Both the position numbers and the translations under genes were made by a program. A stretch of 63,898 nt of DNA, the filler included, from Collodictyon triciliatum (taxonomy: Eukaryota): the NCBI GenBank assembly GCA_043381765.1. It is 5 parts of 5 records of this genome, joined end to end, with 100 filler letters (N's around TTAATTAATTAA, not from the genome) between each part and the next. Parts side by side here need not be neighbours in the genome. Positions count along the whole stretch, not along the records: positions 16,651 to 33,190 come from JBHJMP010001540.1; 4 more parts are not named here. One strand, written 5' to 3'. This document shows, piece by piece, positions 19,560-33,290 of the stretch; the stretch's first letter is position 1; the number at the start of each line of letters is the position of its first letter. The notes beneath the pieces are model-generated. The model did not search any database. It saw only the letters and a list, made by a program, of their open reading frames with translations, and was not told the DNA's origin.

Positions 19560-22500
19560 TTATTTCGGTGTTGCGAAGGATATCTCCAAGAGCAGAGTCA
19601 AGTTCGGAGGTTGCTATGGTCTCCCTTAATAATTAAACAACGTCATGCAAACATATAACACGGCCAAAAAAAAAACCATAGAAATGAATCAAATTCAGTT
19701 TGACATATCCTTCTGCTGCACTAATTCTAATATAATTCTTTAATTAATGACAAATTATACGTTTCTCCTTCCTCATCTTCAGAGTCACTTGATATTCCCA
19801 GTTCTGCCAGCAAATCCATCGTGGATTTCTTCTGTGGTGGTTTAATTTCTACATGGACTGTGAAAATATACAAGAAATAAGTAGAGATCTTCAGGCTAAA
19901 TCACCGACATATATGTCATCAGAAAACAATTAAATCAGTTGCATCACCTGAGCTTTTACTGGTGCTGAAAGTAGAAAACGAGTTCAAGCTGATTTGTGAC
20001 ATGGGTGAAGATAAAGGAGTCGAGTCGTCTTCTTAATTATGGTCATACAGGGGGTTTCCCAAAAAAAACGAATCATTAAGTACTAAGCTGAACTATCCCA
20101 GTTTTAACAGCTCATAGTTCATATAATTATATATATTTATAAAAAAAACCTGATAACACAACGTCCGTTTTCTTTCTTGGTGAAACATGCGATGACGGTG
20201 CATTCTGTTGGATATAATGGCCCGATACATTTCTAGCAGAAGGCCGCGATTCTGATTGCCTTGGAGTAATATTGGACATAATTTCATTTGCTCGACTTGC
20301 TTGCGTTCCTTTTGCTCCATCATACACATTCTCTCGCTTGATTGGATGGGGAATACTGATGCTGGAAGAGTCATCGTCGGTGAACTCCTCCCTGTGGGCC
20401 TGTGTGTGAGTTGGAGCAGAGCTGACTTGAAACCCACCTCTCGACTTCGCCTGCATGCCAGACGAGATAATTGGTTTCGCCCCTGCTTTTGGCTCCTCTC
20501 CATTTGAAATAACCGTTTCTGTCATCTGTTTCGGCATGATTTTCGACGACTGTCCCTCTGGAAGAGGCTTGATGATGGGCATTTCCTTCTGGTCAAACTG
20601 GCGAATGCGAGAAGAGAGTGAGCCCGGGTCTGAGTAATCCACGCTGCTGTCCTTGGTTGGGAGATTAGCAGCACTCGGCACTGGCTTAGTCTCTGACGGC
20701 CCTCTTTGTGAAACCGGAGGTGGTGTTGGTCTTTGATGAGATGACTCTGCGCTGAGGCTTCTTGGGGTGGACTTGACAATGGTGGGAACATGTCTGGGTA
20801 CGGGTTGGGCTTCTTGATCTTCAAACGAAGGCTGCGTTGCAATTGGCTGTGCGTTTATTGGAAGGACAGGTGCGGGGATTGACTCTTTGATAGGTTGCCC
20901 ATTGAATGTTGGGCGGGTGTCTGGCTTTGTTGGTGTTGATTGTACAGATAGTGTTGCTGATGCTGCTATTAAGAAGTGTATGTTAATGTATATTTGAATT
21001 TTGAATCTATGATATACCACAACGAAAATAATTACACTAAACATATTGAAATCCGCTCCTTCTGTAACTTAAAAAGTTGCGTGTTATGGTCGGTCGGAAT
21101 CGGCCGATTACTTTTCATAAGGTGTTTTTTTTTTTTCGACATAAGAAAGATAGAAATGGAATGTATGATGGGCTTTACCTTGTGTAAGATTCTGGGCTTG
21201 AACGGCGGATGTATTGACACTGCTAAAGATAAATATACATTGAAGTGTACAAATTAAATATGATACAGGAAATAAAAGCACATAGAGTAAAGAAGGGTAT
21301 GGGAAAGGTGACAGGCAAAGTCACACAAATTGGAGAGTGAATAAATGAGATATAGACCTGTCAGGAATCATTTTATGAGCTTCGGCGGCATGGCTTTGTA
21401 ATTCGCGGCGAAGTTGGGAGTTTGTATTCAGCAGATATCGCAACACAAAAGACCTCAAATATTTTAATTCATTCAGATAAGTGGATGAATTGGTATCTTC
21501 TTAACTTTGTCCAGAAATATGGAGAGAGTGCCAGGTCAGAATTGCTATGTACTCAATTAATTACAGACGCTAGAATTTTGGGAAACGTAAAAATAACCCT
21601 ACCAATTAACCAACTCGTCATCGCGCTTCTTTTTCTCGATGGCATGGTAAATTAGCTCCCTATAACGTCATTGTCTTAGTGAACTGAAAATGGGAGGAAA
21701 CCCCATACTTTATACGGAGCAGCGTCTCTTATGAACAGAACAGTATTGCTTTGATTATATGTGATTGCATGACCAGATTATTTCCGAATTATTTACAATA
21801 AGAGCTTTGTCATGTTTGAAATTTACTCTCGCATTTGCTGTATTATGGCATCTTTCTTTTCAATTAGCTGCTCCAAATACGATATTTGACCCTGCACAAT
21901 TGTTTGTGCCTGCAGAATAGAATGCCATATAATTACTTTCATGAGTGGACTTTGAAGTATCAAAAAATAAATAATTCAAGGGTAATGCATTTTAATCAGA
22001 AATTTAAAACATCTCCTTCACAAGTGGTCTTTGTATTGAATGATGTATAAAGCTTAATGACGAGCTAAAAGCAACCCTATTTGATGCACTCATTATTTCC
22101 TGGTCATTGGATGTTATCGGCAGCTCGGGTAGGAAGGAATCAAAGAACTCAGAGGGTTGCAGTGAGCTAGCCTAGTTAATTGCGATAGAAAATTCTTCAA
22201 AACTAGTTGTCAAGTGATGCTAGGAAGACAGATAAACAACATTTGATAATACAGCCCTTTTCTTTCATTTCCATACCTGTTGATACCGTTGGATTACTAT
22301 AAGCCTCTCTGCATAGGTAACATGGTCTTCTGGGGGTGCACTTTCCTGTATTCATCATTTTAGGGAACAACAGAATCTCAAAAGCAGTACAAACGTGTCA
22401 CATTTTATCGGATATTATATATTGCAACAGAAAAATACGCTTGGCGGTTGCAGAGTTGATGCCAAAGTTGCTTCGCGAGTATAATGCTGTCTAATAACTC

Positions 22501-25500
22501 GCCCAAGACCTTTGTGAACAGCCTTGATTTGGTCATAGGATTCCAACGGCACTTTCTTTGGGGCTACCTGTCTGGACACCACAGCACGCTCGATAGGCGC
22601 TATTATGTATTCCGTTTCGGCTTTTCAGTCTCTTACATGTATATAGGAAGGAAGGGGGGATATTGATGTATAATATTTTCTTTTTTAAAAGAAATACAAT
22701 TGTCAGACGCTGAGGGAGAAACCTTCAGAGGGAAATGATGTGGCAGATCTTGTGCTTGAATCAATATTCTCTTGCAGTAAATCATGGTTTCGTCCCATTC
22801 CGTCATCCGAATGGTTCTTAAGACGTGCTTCGTAAAGACACTCTTTCATCTGAAAGTCTTGTTCCATTTTTGTTATTTGGGCCTGTTTATCAAATATTCG
22901 CACATTACGTCACAAAAGAGAAGATGAGTGACACAAAGCGAGGTATGATAGAGCTCGTCGGGAAACCAGAATAGGCTACCTGTAACTTCATGCATAATAT
23001 TTTGTAGTCAACGTCCTCATTCACCATCGCGAAAGTTTTCACGTCTAAGCAGCGACTTGCAAATGTCAAGGTTGACAAGGTTTCGTCTCGGTTGTCCCTT
23101 CAAGAATTAATAAAGTTCAAAATGAATTCTGCATATGTTATCTTAATGGGCAGCCCATAGCTTTGAGAATAATATTTGCATATTGGCACAAACGATCCTG
23201 GTGCTATGGCTGCTATTAGATGCGTACTAGAGTTTCCCCCCAGAGAATCCTAGAGGAAAGAAACAAAAGGATGACTTCCAAGGGCACAACGAGGGATTAA
23301 ATCGATTGGAATTGCATTCATAAGTCGCCACATTTACAATAAATAGGGGGAGGGTTTCTTACTTGAAGAATCTTTGTAAGCTTCGAATCTCTGTAGGGTA
23401 CAAACTTGGGTCTCGGGTCGGTCAGAGCGGCAATTACATTCCCGAGCGCTGATAGAGACTGGTTGATTGCCTTGGCTTCATTTAGACGAGCACCTATAAT
23501 TATTTTGGGGATCTTGATATATTGACAATAGCGAATGATCGATTCAGAGTTTATTCAAGCATGCACATCTTTTGATAAAGACCATTTAAAAATGGTAAAT
23601 CTGTCAACCTTCGCTTTGACTTTTCTTGACACGCTCTGAGCCCGCAAGGTCTACTATGTAGAGCTTGCTTTTAAATGTTCTGTTGGGGCAGAGCAGATAT
23701 ATTTCGTTACGTTAATTCGCGTAAAGTTTTTTTTATAACATATATAGAGAAAGGAGGTTTAATTAATTGTTATTCCACTCTGTTGTCATTACCTTGAGTA
23801 AATCAAACCTTGGCCAGTCATATCGTCTGAGTAGTCTTTACAGTTAGCAATCATGCCAGCAATATTTTTTGGAGCAAAATTTCATAGAAAAAAAGTAAAG
23901 AGTCTTACAAGCCTCTGTGGGTCGTGTAACTCGCTGGATTCTAGCGAGTAGAACTGTATGACTTCGACTTGATGTTGCATTCTAAATCGGTTGCGTATTG
24001 AAAAAAACATAAAACGTACGGGTTTTTTTTTAATTTCATGATGTAGGCATTTGTTTAAAAGTTTTTTGAGTGGATGAAGACCATCAGAGTTGGCGCCATC
24101 ACTCTGTTTTCAAGTCCTCGATTTACAAGGAGCATTGCTTCTTCGAAAGATGTCACCTGTTCAGAGATAATGGTTGAGGATAATTTGGTCGGCGACAACA
24201 TACTCATAGTGACTTTTGCACGTGCTGAATTAATGCCAGAGATGCGTAGACTTTCTCTTAACCTTTATTTCTTCGAGCCCATCAACATAAAAGCCGTGAT
24301 CCGGGTCCTCGCGGAGCATGAGATTATCATTCGCAGGCACTAACAAGTCTTGTACCTTTTTTTTTTTTTTTTTTGAGGAATGCACATCACCCAAAACGAA
24401 CTGAATAGAAAGTAATTGCGACAAGGGCATATGAAAAGAGAATGAAATGAAAGCTGGGCTTCATTGGACTATGAAGTTTCACAAAGCTACTCACAGTCTC
24501 CATATATATTTGGAAGAATCCCATATGGATTGTCCAATCGCTTTCTTGATGCTGCTGTACATGAGTGAAAATATGGCTCAAGGCTCGAGGCAAAATACCT
24601 GATTCCGAGTTTGCCTGCTCTCGCACTCTCTTTAACATTCCTAAAGATTTTTTTTAAAAAAAAAAAAAGCCAGAGTTTAGAGCAAACTGGAACGTAAAGA
24701 AAAACACATTCCACCAATAAAGTATTTACTAGAACTATGATGAAACTCTCGCCCACCGATATTGGGAGAGGTTTTCAAGCATATTTTATGCAACCCTAAA
24801 TCCTGATAAAATAAAAACCTAATGTATGCGTCTTTCCTGTTCCTGTTTGCCCATATGCCATTAGAGTTCCATTCAACCCATTTAAAACGTCCTAAATAAT
24901 GATAGAGAAATGAAGTAGATTTAGCAGAATGTATCAGATAGACTTGAGGATTTTGATGAGCGTAAATAATGGTTATAAGTTTTGTTTACGAGGTAAGCCG
25001 TTGGGATTCAATAATTACTCACTTCAACTACTTTCGAACCGACGAATCTATATACATTCTCTTGTGTGGTGTTTGGCTGGAATACATGGTCAAAGTTGAA
25101 TTCGCGAGTGCCATCCTTACAATCAAATATTAAGAGGTAATACTTTGAATCGAATAAAGGAAAAAAAATATTAAGAGGTAATCAGTTTTGGAGATGTCCA
25201 TGCATGTTTGAGGAGATGATATTATTATGTATGCCCATGAACAAAAATACCAACAAAACGGGGAAAAAAAATGCAGATGCTCAAAAAAAAAAAAATACCA
25301 AAAGACTCAGGGAGATTTTCTGCACTTCATCCACCGACGTCGTTTGTACAATCGGATGGTATCCATCCTGCTGCACCTCGCTCGCAAACGGAGGTCGCAC
25401 ACGCACGGAAACACGAACGCGGCCTTTTGTTTTACATAAATGAAAGAACCCAACGGAAAATTAAAGAACGATTCCAAAAAGCAATCATTTATCAAATATG

Positions 25501-26381
25501 AAATTGATAGTATGCTGATGTTTTTGTTTATTATTTATTTATTAATAACATACCTGCGTGGGAATTCCTAGCAGAAGGTCGAGATGCAGCCGATGAAACG
25601 GATGGAGAGTTCGCCGACTTGGGCAGCAGGGCAGCGACCGCCAAACCTTTTGGTTTCCTACGAGGCAACACAGTCTATACTCAGCAATAGACAATGACCA
25701 ACCCCGCCAAGCACAATGAAGACAAAGTTGCACTCACGCAAACTCATGCTTGTTCTTTGCCAGATGTGCATTAATAGAGACACGCGTTACAGGCGCATTG
25801 GCAGAGACAATGCCTGTGGATTCGCGCGGAGTCGATGGAGTTGCAGTAGCAGCAGCAGCAGCAGTCGTGTTGTGTCCGGTCGGAGGTAGATTCTGCGTGA
25901 GCTGCTGCGAGAAGGATCGGACTATGGAAGGCGAGGCCGCCCCGCCAAAGGCTGATGGAGTCGGAGTCTGCGTCTGCGTCTGCGTTTGAGTTTGAGTTTG
26001 GCCTTGAGAATGTGAGTTTGGCGGCTTCGAACTCGGGGGCGCAGCGTAGAGTGAGGACAAGGAAATCGAGAGACGCGGCAGTCCGTTTTGCAGTTGCTCC
26101 TGCACAATCGGCGCAGGACTCGCTCGGGCGGCAGAAAGCGCCGCTGTGCGCTGTGTTTGGTTTCCGCTCGGGGCAGAAAAAGTGGCGTTTGAGAGACTGG
26201 ACGACTGGATAGAGTGCGATGAAGGCGAAGGCGGCCGCTGTGCGCTGGCATTCAGTGAGCTGCTTCGCTGGCCGAGAAGCCGCGGTGTTGTGTTTGCATT
26301 TGTGTTTGCGTTTGCGTTTGCGTTTGCGTTTGGACTCGGTCGAAGTTGAATCGTAAAGACTGGTGGCTGCGTCGAGTCCAT
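19560..26381 (-). CDS. Kinesin motor protein with a Ser/Pro-rich N-terminal extension, coiled coil and low-complexity tail, about 22 exons; start tentative
   Basis: [40 protein letters not shown] (P-loop), NATSSRSH (switch I), [10 protein letters not shown] (switch II), [45 protein letters not shown]. Downstream exons were traced in frame to TAA at 19560. Confidence 0.93.
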
Positions 26382-26930
26382 CGGTGCGGAGCTTCGACTG
26401 GTGTGATGCGGGTCAGTTGATTTGTCGTTGTTGGGAGTCGACTGATTGGGTGATCGGCACGTAAAGTTTCCTTTAAGTATATTGAGCGCCGATGCACTGA
26501 GGAAGAGAAAAAAGAAAAAGAAAAGAAAAAACAAAAAAGAAAAACATAAAAACAAAAAAGAAAAAAAAGATCCAGACAATGACAGACAATGAAAGAAAAA
26601 CAGAAATGTCACCAGAAAAGAGTTTGGGTTCTGCAAGATACGTGGCTGCGCGGTAAATCACATCCCATTTTCATCGGTTTTATTAGTTTATCGAATAGTT
26701 GCCGTAACCTGGTTTTCTGCAGCTGCAAAAGCTGTTCATGTGGAGGCGGTGGGTTGTAGCGTTGTAGAAAAAAAAATGTGTGTATATGTATAGAAAGGAA
26801 AGGATGGGGGGTCATCGGAGGTGCAGTTGTGAGAAATGTTCTCGCAAAGCACAAAGGAAACTGCGCTGCATGAACAAATCGGCTTCTGTGACGCTGGAAT
26901 GCAGCTTTGGTCGCGGGGACAGGGTTGGGT

Positions 26931-29900
26931 TCAAGAAGAGTTTGTTTGGTGACTGCCTCTCTTGTGCATCGAGGCAAAGCAGTTGTTGCATACACGAACA
27001 GCGTTTTTGAAGCCAAGGTCCTTCAATTCTGCACGATTTGTACAGCAGCTGTTGCACTAATGAATGGTAGACGTTGTGTTATTCGCAGCACCCGACTGTG
27101 TTTTTTTTTTTTTTTTTTTTTTTTTTGGACGGAGCAAAACAGAGATGATGCGGGTGTTCGATGGAGATATTAGACACATACGAAAATGCGACCGCAGTTC
27201 CGACAGTGATGCTAGTTTGTCAATCGATGTGCAAAGTGATATTGCGAGGCAAAAAGGAAACCTCAAATTAGGTGAGCGAACATAGATAACATCGATTCTC
27301 GGTCGATGGGAGGAATATGTATTTATAAGAGTTAAAAAAGGATTTTAGAGACGCATACCTTTCTGACGGTTATCGAGAACGCTTTCCTGCACAAAAAACA
27401 GTCCTCGCTTAGCTTGTCGGCGGCCCATATCGGACGAGACATGTTTGCAGCCAAAGAGCTTGAGTGTGTCTGCAGAATTATTTTTATTTTTATTTCAGTT
27501 TAACATTTTAAAGTGCATAATGTCCAAGAGTAAATTCGCGTGATTGGTGTTGTTTTAATGTTATTTGTGTGTGTGTGTTTTTAAAAAAAAAAAAATGGTT
27601 TTTGGCTTTTGACTTTTGGCGTGTTTTCTGTTTATGTTTAAATTACTAAGCGATGAATGGTCATAAATTTCTAGAAGTATCAAATGATTAGATTAAAAAA
27701 AAGCATCAAAAGCGCAGCCCACCCGAAATATCCTGTTGAATGCGGCTGGGTCGCTTCGTTGGGAGCCTTGCGTGCTGGCGGGTAAGTGGAAAGATACATT
27801 GTACTTTCTAGGCTGCGTGGTCGACTCGGCATCTTCTAATATTTGTAAAACGGTTGATTTTCTTGTGAAAAAAATTTAGGGAAACATAGGACAAATGATT
27901 ATATATAATGACATATAGAAGAAAATACGATAAGAAAGAAAAGAAATCAAATAAAAAAAAATACCTTCAGCGCTTACAGGAAGGAGAGTAGAAAACCTAT
28001 GTTAAATTCCAAAAAGAAACTTAATTAATGCAATCTATAAAGTAAATTCTACTCGACTGTAAATATATTGCCTGACTACTCAATCGAACCTGTATTGCAG
28101 ACTCGAGCTTGCTTTACGAATGTATTCCGTCCTGTTTCATGTTTTTTTTTTTTTTTCGTTATTGTGATTGGAATAAGCGTACTGTTTGGTACAGCGCTCA
28201 AATGCTGGATGTAATAGCAACAAGAAAACCAGACGACTACATAGAATGCACAAAGCAAATGACTTACATTCCGTTCGGGTCGCTTTCTTCCGAATCACTA
28301 TCGCTGGAGTCAAACTGTGTTGCCTTCCATGCAAACATCTCTTCCACTTCATCTTGGGGATGTCGCACTGCATCTTCGTAATCCTCTCCAGGACAGAACT
28401 GCGACTCCGTGCTCTCATCTGGAATATATGTTCCCATGATTTCGTCCGCCTCTTCAATGTTTTGGTCTGGCATTCTTGCATTCAACTCGATATCTTTTAA
28501 ATATGTATTTTGGACCTCCCTAAGGATGACATATAGAGGACATTAATAGTTCACAATGCTTCATCAGTAATAAAATAAGAACAGATATATCTTTCACTTT
28601 TTTTGGGGCGAAATTGTGTACTTTTTTTTTCTACCTCTCAAGCTTCACTATGAACGTTAATTGCAAATCCTGTTGGAATCTTTGAACTGAGTAAAGACTC
28701 TCTTCAAATCTCAGGTAATAAAAATCCCACAATCTGCGATATAAAAGAAATTTTGTAGAGCGACCATGGAAGTATAGCATCATGTGATGAATCATCCGTG
28801 GATATACAGCATGAAATCAGCGTCCATATGAATTAAGTCTACCTTATCAAGCGCCTGTGGGGACAAGGAGTGATGACACCTTTATTCGGTGAATAATGCG
28901 CATTGATATAAAATGCAGCATTCCCAATGACCTCTGTCCAGAACGAAGTTGTCTGGCTATGAACTTTGGAAAGCACTCTTTGAAGCTCGCTATTTCCGCT
29001 AACACCAAAGAGGAAAATGTATGTGTAGATTTAGGTGTTGCACTGGCGAATCAGTTGTCCAAAATTTCGATTGATAGGCTTGCTTGAGGATTTTAGATTA
29101 CAGAACTCTGTGAATGATAAGAGATGAAAGATGAAAGATGAAAGATGAAAGATGAAAGATGAAAGATGAAAGATGAAAGATGAAAGATGAAAGATGAAAG
29201 ATGAAAGATGAAAGATGAAAGATGAGAGAGAGGCCTCTCACGAAAGCACACTAATTTTTGATAAATGGATCAAACTTGAATAGTGACGTACAGGAATGTC
29301 CCATACTGGCAACTGTAAACAGCATCAAGCAGCGAAACAAGAAAGTATTCGTTGAACTCAAAGCAAGATGGGTATTGCCTCATTATTTGCCATACGCAGT
29401 CAACAAATTGCAAAAAAACAGGAGAAAATTCGCTGTCAACCCGGAGGTGTCCGCATCTGATTTTTGATTATTATTATTAATTTTTTTTTGTTAGATCAAA
29501 TAATTGGGTTCAATTACTTTTTTATATTCTTGAAAGCGAATACCTAAACTACAAAGAGAAAGGAAATCATTTCAAGAACCTGTCAGCGAATTTATGGCCG
29601 AAGCTGAGCCAATTTTTTTCAATCAAAACCTATTTTAAGATTAGAATAGGCAACCCAACGCCAAAATGCTTTTAGAATCATGATGGTTTGTCTCTTGGAG
29701 GATTGTTCATTAAATTGCAAACTAGTAAATTCATCGTGAATACTGTTCGTTTATACTGACAAAACATCAACACGGGCAAATGAACCATTCGATCAGAACC
29801 TGAAACCCATAGAATGTCCGGTAAAACGGATCGAGGCATATTTCAGCAAGTGAGGTGATTTGAGATGTTCTGTCCCATCCATCGCTACAATGGACGAGAA

Positions 29901-32900
29901 CAGATGTTCTTTGGTTGGCGATGTAATCGACTATCTGTTGGTTTGAGAGGAGAAACAAAGAGAGTAAGAAAAGAGTTTCTGCTAATCAAGGGGGAAAAAG
30001 AAACAGAAATCTGAAAAATATAAACAAAATTAGAAAACTGAAACAGAAAACGGCGTGGTGAGATTCAATAATGAGCATGGGTTAGCGCACACTAAGATAC
30101 ATAAAGGATACCTTATTAGAACCTTGGAGAACTTGTGATATATGATTCAGCCAATCAGATTGCTCTAATTCCATGAAAAAAGAAGATGCTGTTGATTCCT
30201 TGAAAGAGTAGCAAGCATCTCTATTTCATAGGATAAAACTTGATTTTTTACATCAAGGCAAACAGGCACTATTACCAAGCAAACCTATCTGATTAGATAT
30301 TTTCCACACAAAAATGCAAACCTTAGCCTAAGAAAGCTTTTTCTCATAACATGGATGTTCTCAATGTCGAGAAACATCATCTGGCATCCTTCGTAGATGC
30401 TCATGTCTTCAAACCCTGCACCTAAATAACCAATACATTCAAGAGTGGTTGGAATGGTTCCTCTTTTATTTTCATGTTTTTTTTTCACAAGTGTTTAGAA
30501 AATTGAACGATGGTATGAAAGATAAATACTTTACCTTTGGCTTGATTCGCGACAGCATTAAGCTTTGGACGAGCGTCAAGGACCATTAAGGTTTTTGAAT
30601 TCTCATTGGTTTGTCGTATGGCCTGGATCAAATTCTATTTCGAGCAATTCATGCATTAAAAAACAATACAAAATTTGAGTGGGCTCTTTGGAGCGCATGA
30701 GAAAAAGTGTGCATATAAGATAAATTTTTACAGAAGAACATTCATTATACACAAAGGCCTTGAAACTTGATTAAATCAAACTGCAAAAGTCAATATGGGT
30801 TTTATGTGGATACCAAATCGTCCTTTTCAGTAAATCCAATCGGCCCTGAGAGAGGTTGGCTGCATCTCCTGTGGATAATGTTTATTGCGTATAAAATAAA
30901 ATAAATTCAATGCTTATTTACAGTATCTATTATAATATATTCTGACGTTATCGAGGCTCCAGAATATGGATGTATCCAGCTTAATATGGGGATCCGATGT
31001 TTGCTTCGGAAGTTAGCCACCTAAAGAGCAAAAAAAAAAAAATCGCTGAATTTATACACAATAAATGTAAAAGTTGATATAATCTTCACATCTAAGTATA
31101 GAAGCAAAGAAAAAAAAAACAATTGCAACAAATATGAAAATTAAAAAAAGGGTGCGCGATTTTGGTGGGCAATATGAATGCGAATTAAATACTTTTTTCA
31201 ACTGCTCGTCCGAAACGGATGATGGAACAGCCCAAAGGTTTGGATAGGTTTCACAAACCTCACTGAAATTTAATGGGAAATTCAATGGAGTACACAATGT
31301 GTTACATTTGTATTTAAAGAGTATAATGGTTAGAGGATGAGAAGATATTGCTCACTAGTGATAATTCACCATGCTCAATCTCCAGTTTTTGTCAGGTATA
31401 CCAAGCCTTTTCAGCTCACCCTGTGATGAGATAGATAATGCAGTAAGGAGGCAGTCATACGAATCAAAAGTTTAAGAAAGAGCGTGAACCCCTCTATATT
31501 GCTATTCTTTTATCTTTTTTATAGCTTTTTAAGAATCGTAGCAATAGAACCTCTTTAAAGTACAAACACCAGCCATCCACGATACCCTCCGGTTGAAGGT
31601 GACCGTATTTGAATGCAAACAAATCCCCAACTTTAGTAGTATTGACATAACGAATCAGACCTCGGTGAACTATAAATACATGAGGGGATGCAAAGGCAAT
31701 ATTAATATTGAGTAAACAATAATATGGAGGCATTTAATTGAGCTGGTGTATAATAAAAAAAAAAAAACGTTTGAAAATAGATAGATATTAACATTTGTCA
31801 GCAGCTTCAGCCGTTTGGAATTGAGCTTTGAGTGTCATGAAGCTTTTCAAAGCTATTTCCATCTCGTTCCCAGTCTTAATGAGGGAGAGGATAGAACTTG
31901 TGGCACCCTTTATATGATACAACATGAAAGCGAAAAGGAAGAGATTGATGTAAGGACATTTTCATGCAAAATGATGAATAGGATGTAATCAATCTAAAAT
32001 AAGGAATGTCAACTTACATCCATAACATAGAAATGATGTTTCAAGAATGATTTGGATTCCAAAAAAGTATTTAAAGTCTATGATATAATGTTAAATATTA
32101 AGGTGATTGATAACCAGGCTTTTCTTTGGGATTAAAATAATTATGCTGTATTGGGATAACCATGGTATGTTTGTAAATGGTTCAGTTTGTCTTGAGAAGA
32201 AATAGGAAAGTAGTATAATCATATGTTGTGAGTTGGAACACATACTCTGGAGTCATTCATATCCTCCTCCTTGATCACCAAAACACGGTAATTTGAGAGA
32301 AATATGTATCCTCGCAGAAATGTAGTCGAAGATGGCGACCCGCACTTCACATATAGAATGCTTTCCACCATTTCATATACTTCACCACTCAGGCGAGGAA
32401 GTAACTTGGAAAACTATGCAATATCGATCAGTGGTATGTATCAAAGGTGCTCAACAAAATGTCATATCCATTCAAGAGACCCCAAGATAAAATAGGAGTA
32501 AGATGTAGAAGAAAAGGATGATACATACAAGAAACACTCTAAGAAAAAATAAATGAAATACTTGGGCCAGAGGGATTCCTTCCACCATACTGGATTGGTT
32601 AACCACTTGGTTTTCCTCACCTCTTGATATTATTAGAACCAAAACCTAAATAAAAACAGCCCTTAATTTTTAAACATGGATTTTAAAAGAACAAAGGTAT
32701 AGTGAAAAACGTTTATATTTCTTTGAAAACGCCTATTTAATTGAATCATATAAGGAGAAGAAGCATAAATAGAAGGGTTGCTTACTCCGCTTGGCGAGTC
32801 TTGCAGAGGGATAGACACACGCTGCGGTTCAAATGAATCTTCGTAATCTTTTGCATCAATGGCACAAAACCCAAGCTTTCGCGGTGTCTTGAGGAAGCGA

Positions 32901-32989
32901 TCGACCCCACGCACTTTGATGAGGATGGTATTATCTGCGTGCTCAACTCGGAGCAAGGCCTCGTCATTCCACGAGACAAGGTCATTTTG
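26931..32989 (-). CDS. Active myotubularin-family phosphoinositide 3-phosphatase with N-terminal C2-like region, PH-GRAM and C-terminal FYVE domain; 5' truncated
   Basis: GRAM-like LPRLSGE...[51 protein letters not shown]; catalytic [71 protein letters not shown]...[11 protein letters not shown] at 26931. Confidence 0.93.
29122..29224. repeat. (GATGAAA)n 7-mer microsatellite in a myotubularin intron
   Basis: Visible directly in the sequence. Confidence 0.95.
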
Positions 32990-33019
32990 CTTCAACAGAC
33001 AGAAACAGCGAAAGAGAGG

Positions 33020-33094
33020 GTGAGAGAGAGTGAGTGAGTGAGTGAGAGTGTGAGAGAGAGAGTGAGAGTGAGAGTGAGAGTGAGAGAGAGAGAG

Positions 33095-33190
<96 letters not shown>
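33020..33190. repeat. (GAGAGT)n microsatellite at scaffold end
   Basis: Visible directly in the sequence. Confidence 0.95.
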
Positions 33191-33290
33191 NNNNNNNNNN
33201 NNNNNNNNNNNNNNNNNNNNNNNNNNNNNNNNNNTTAATTAATTAANNNNNNNNNNNNNNNNNNNNNNNNNNNNNNNNNNNNNNNNNNNN
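33191..33290. other. Artificial scaffold-joining linker
   Basis: N44-TTAATTAATTAA-N44. Confidence 0.97.
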
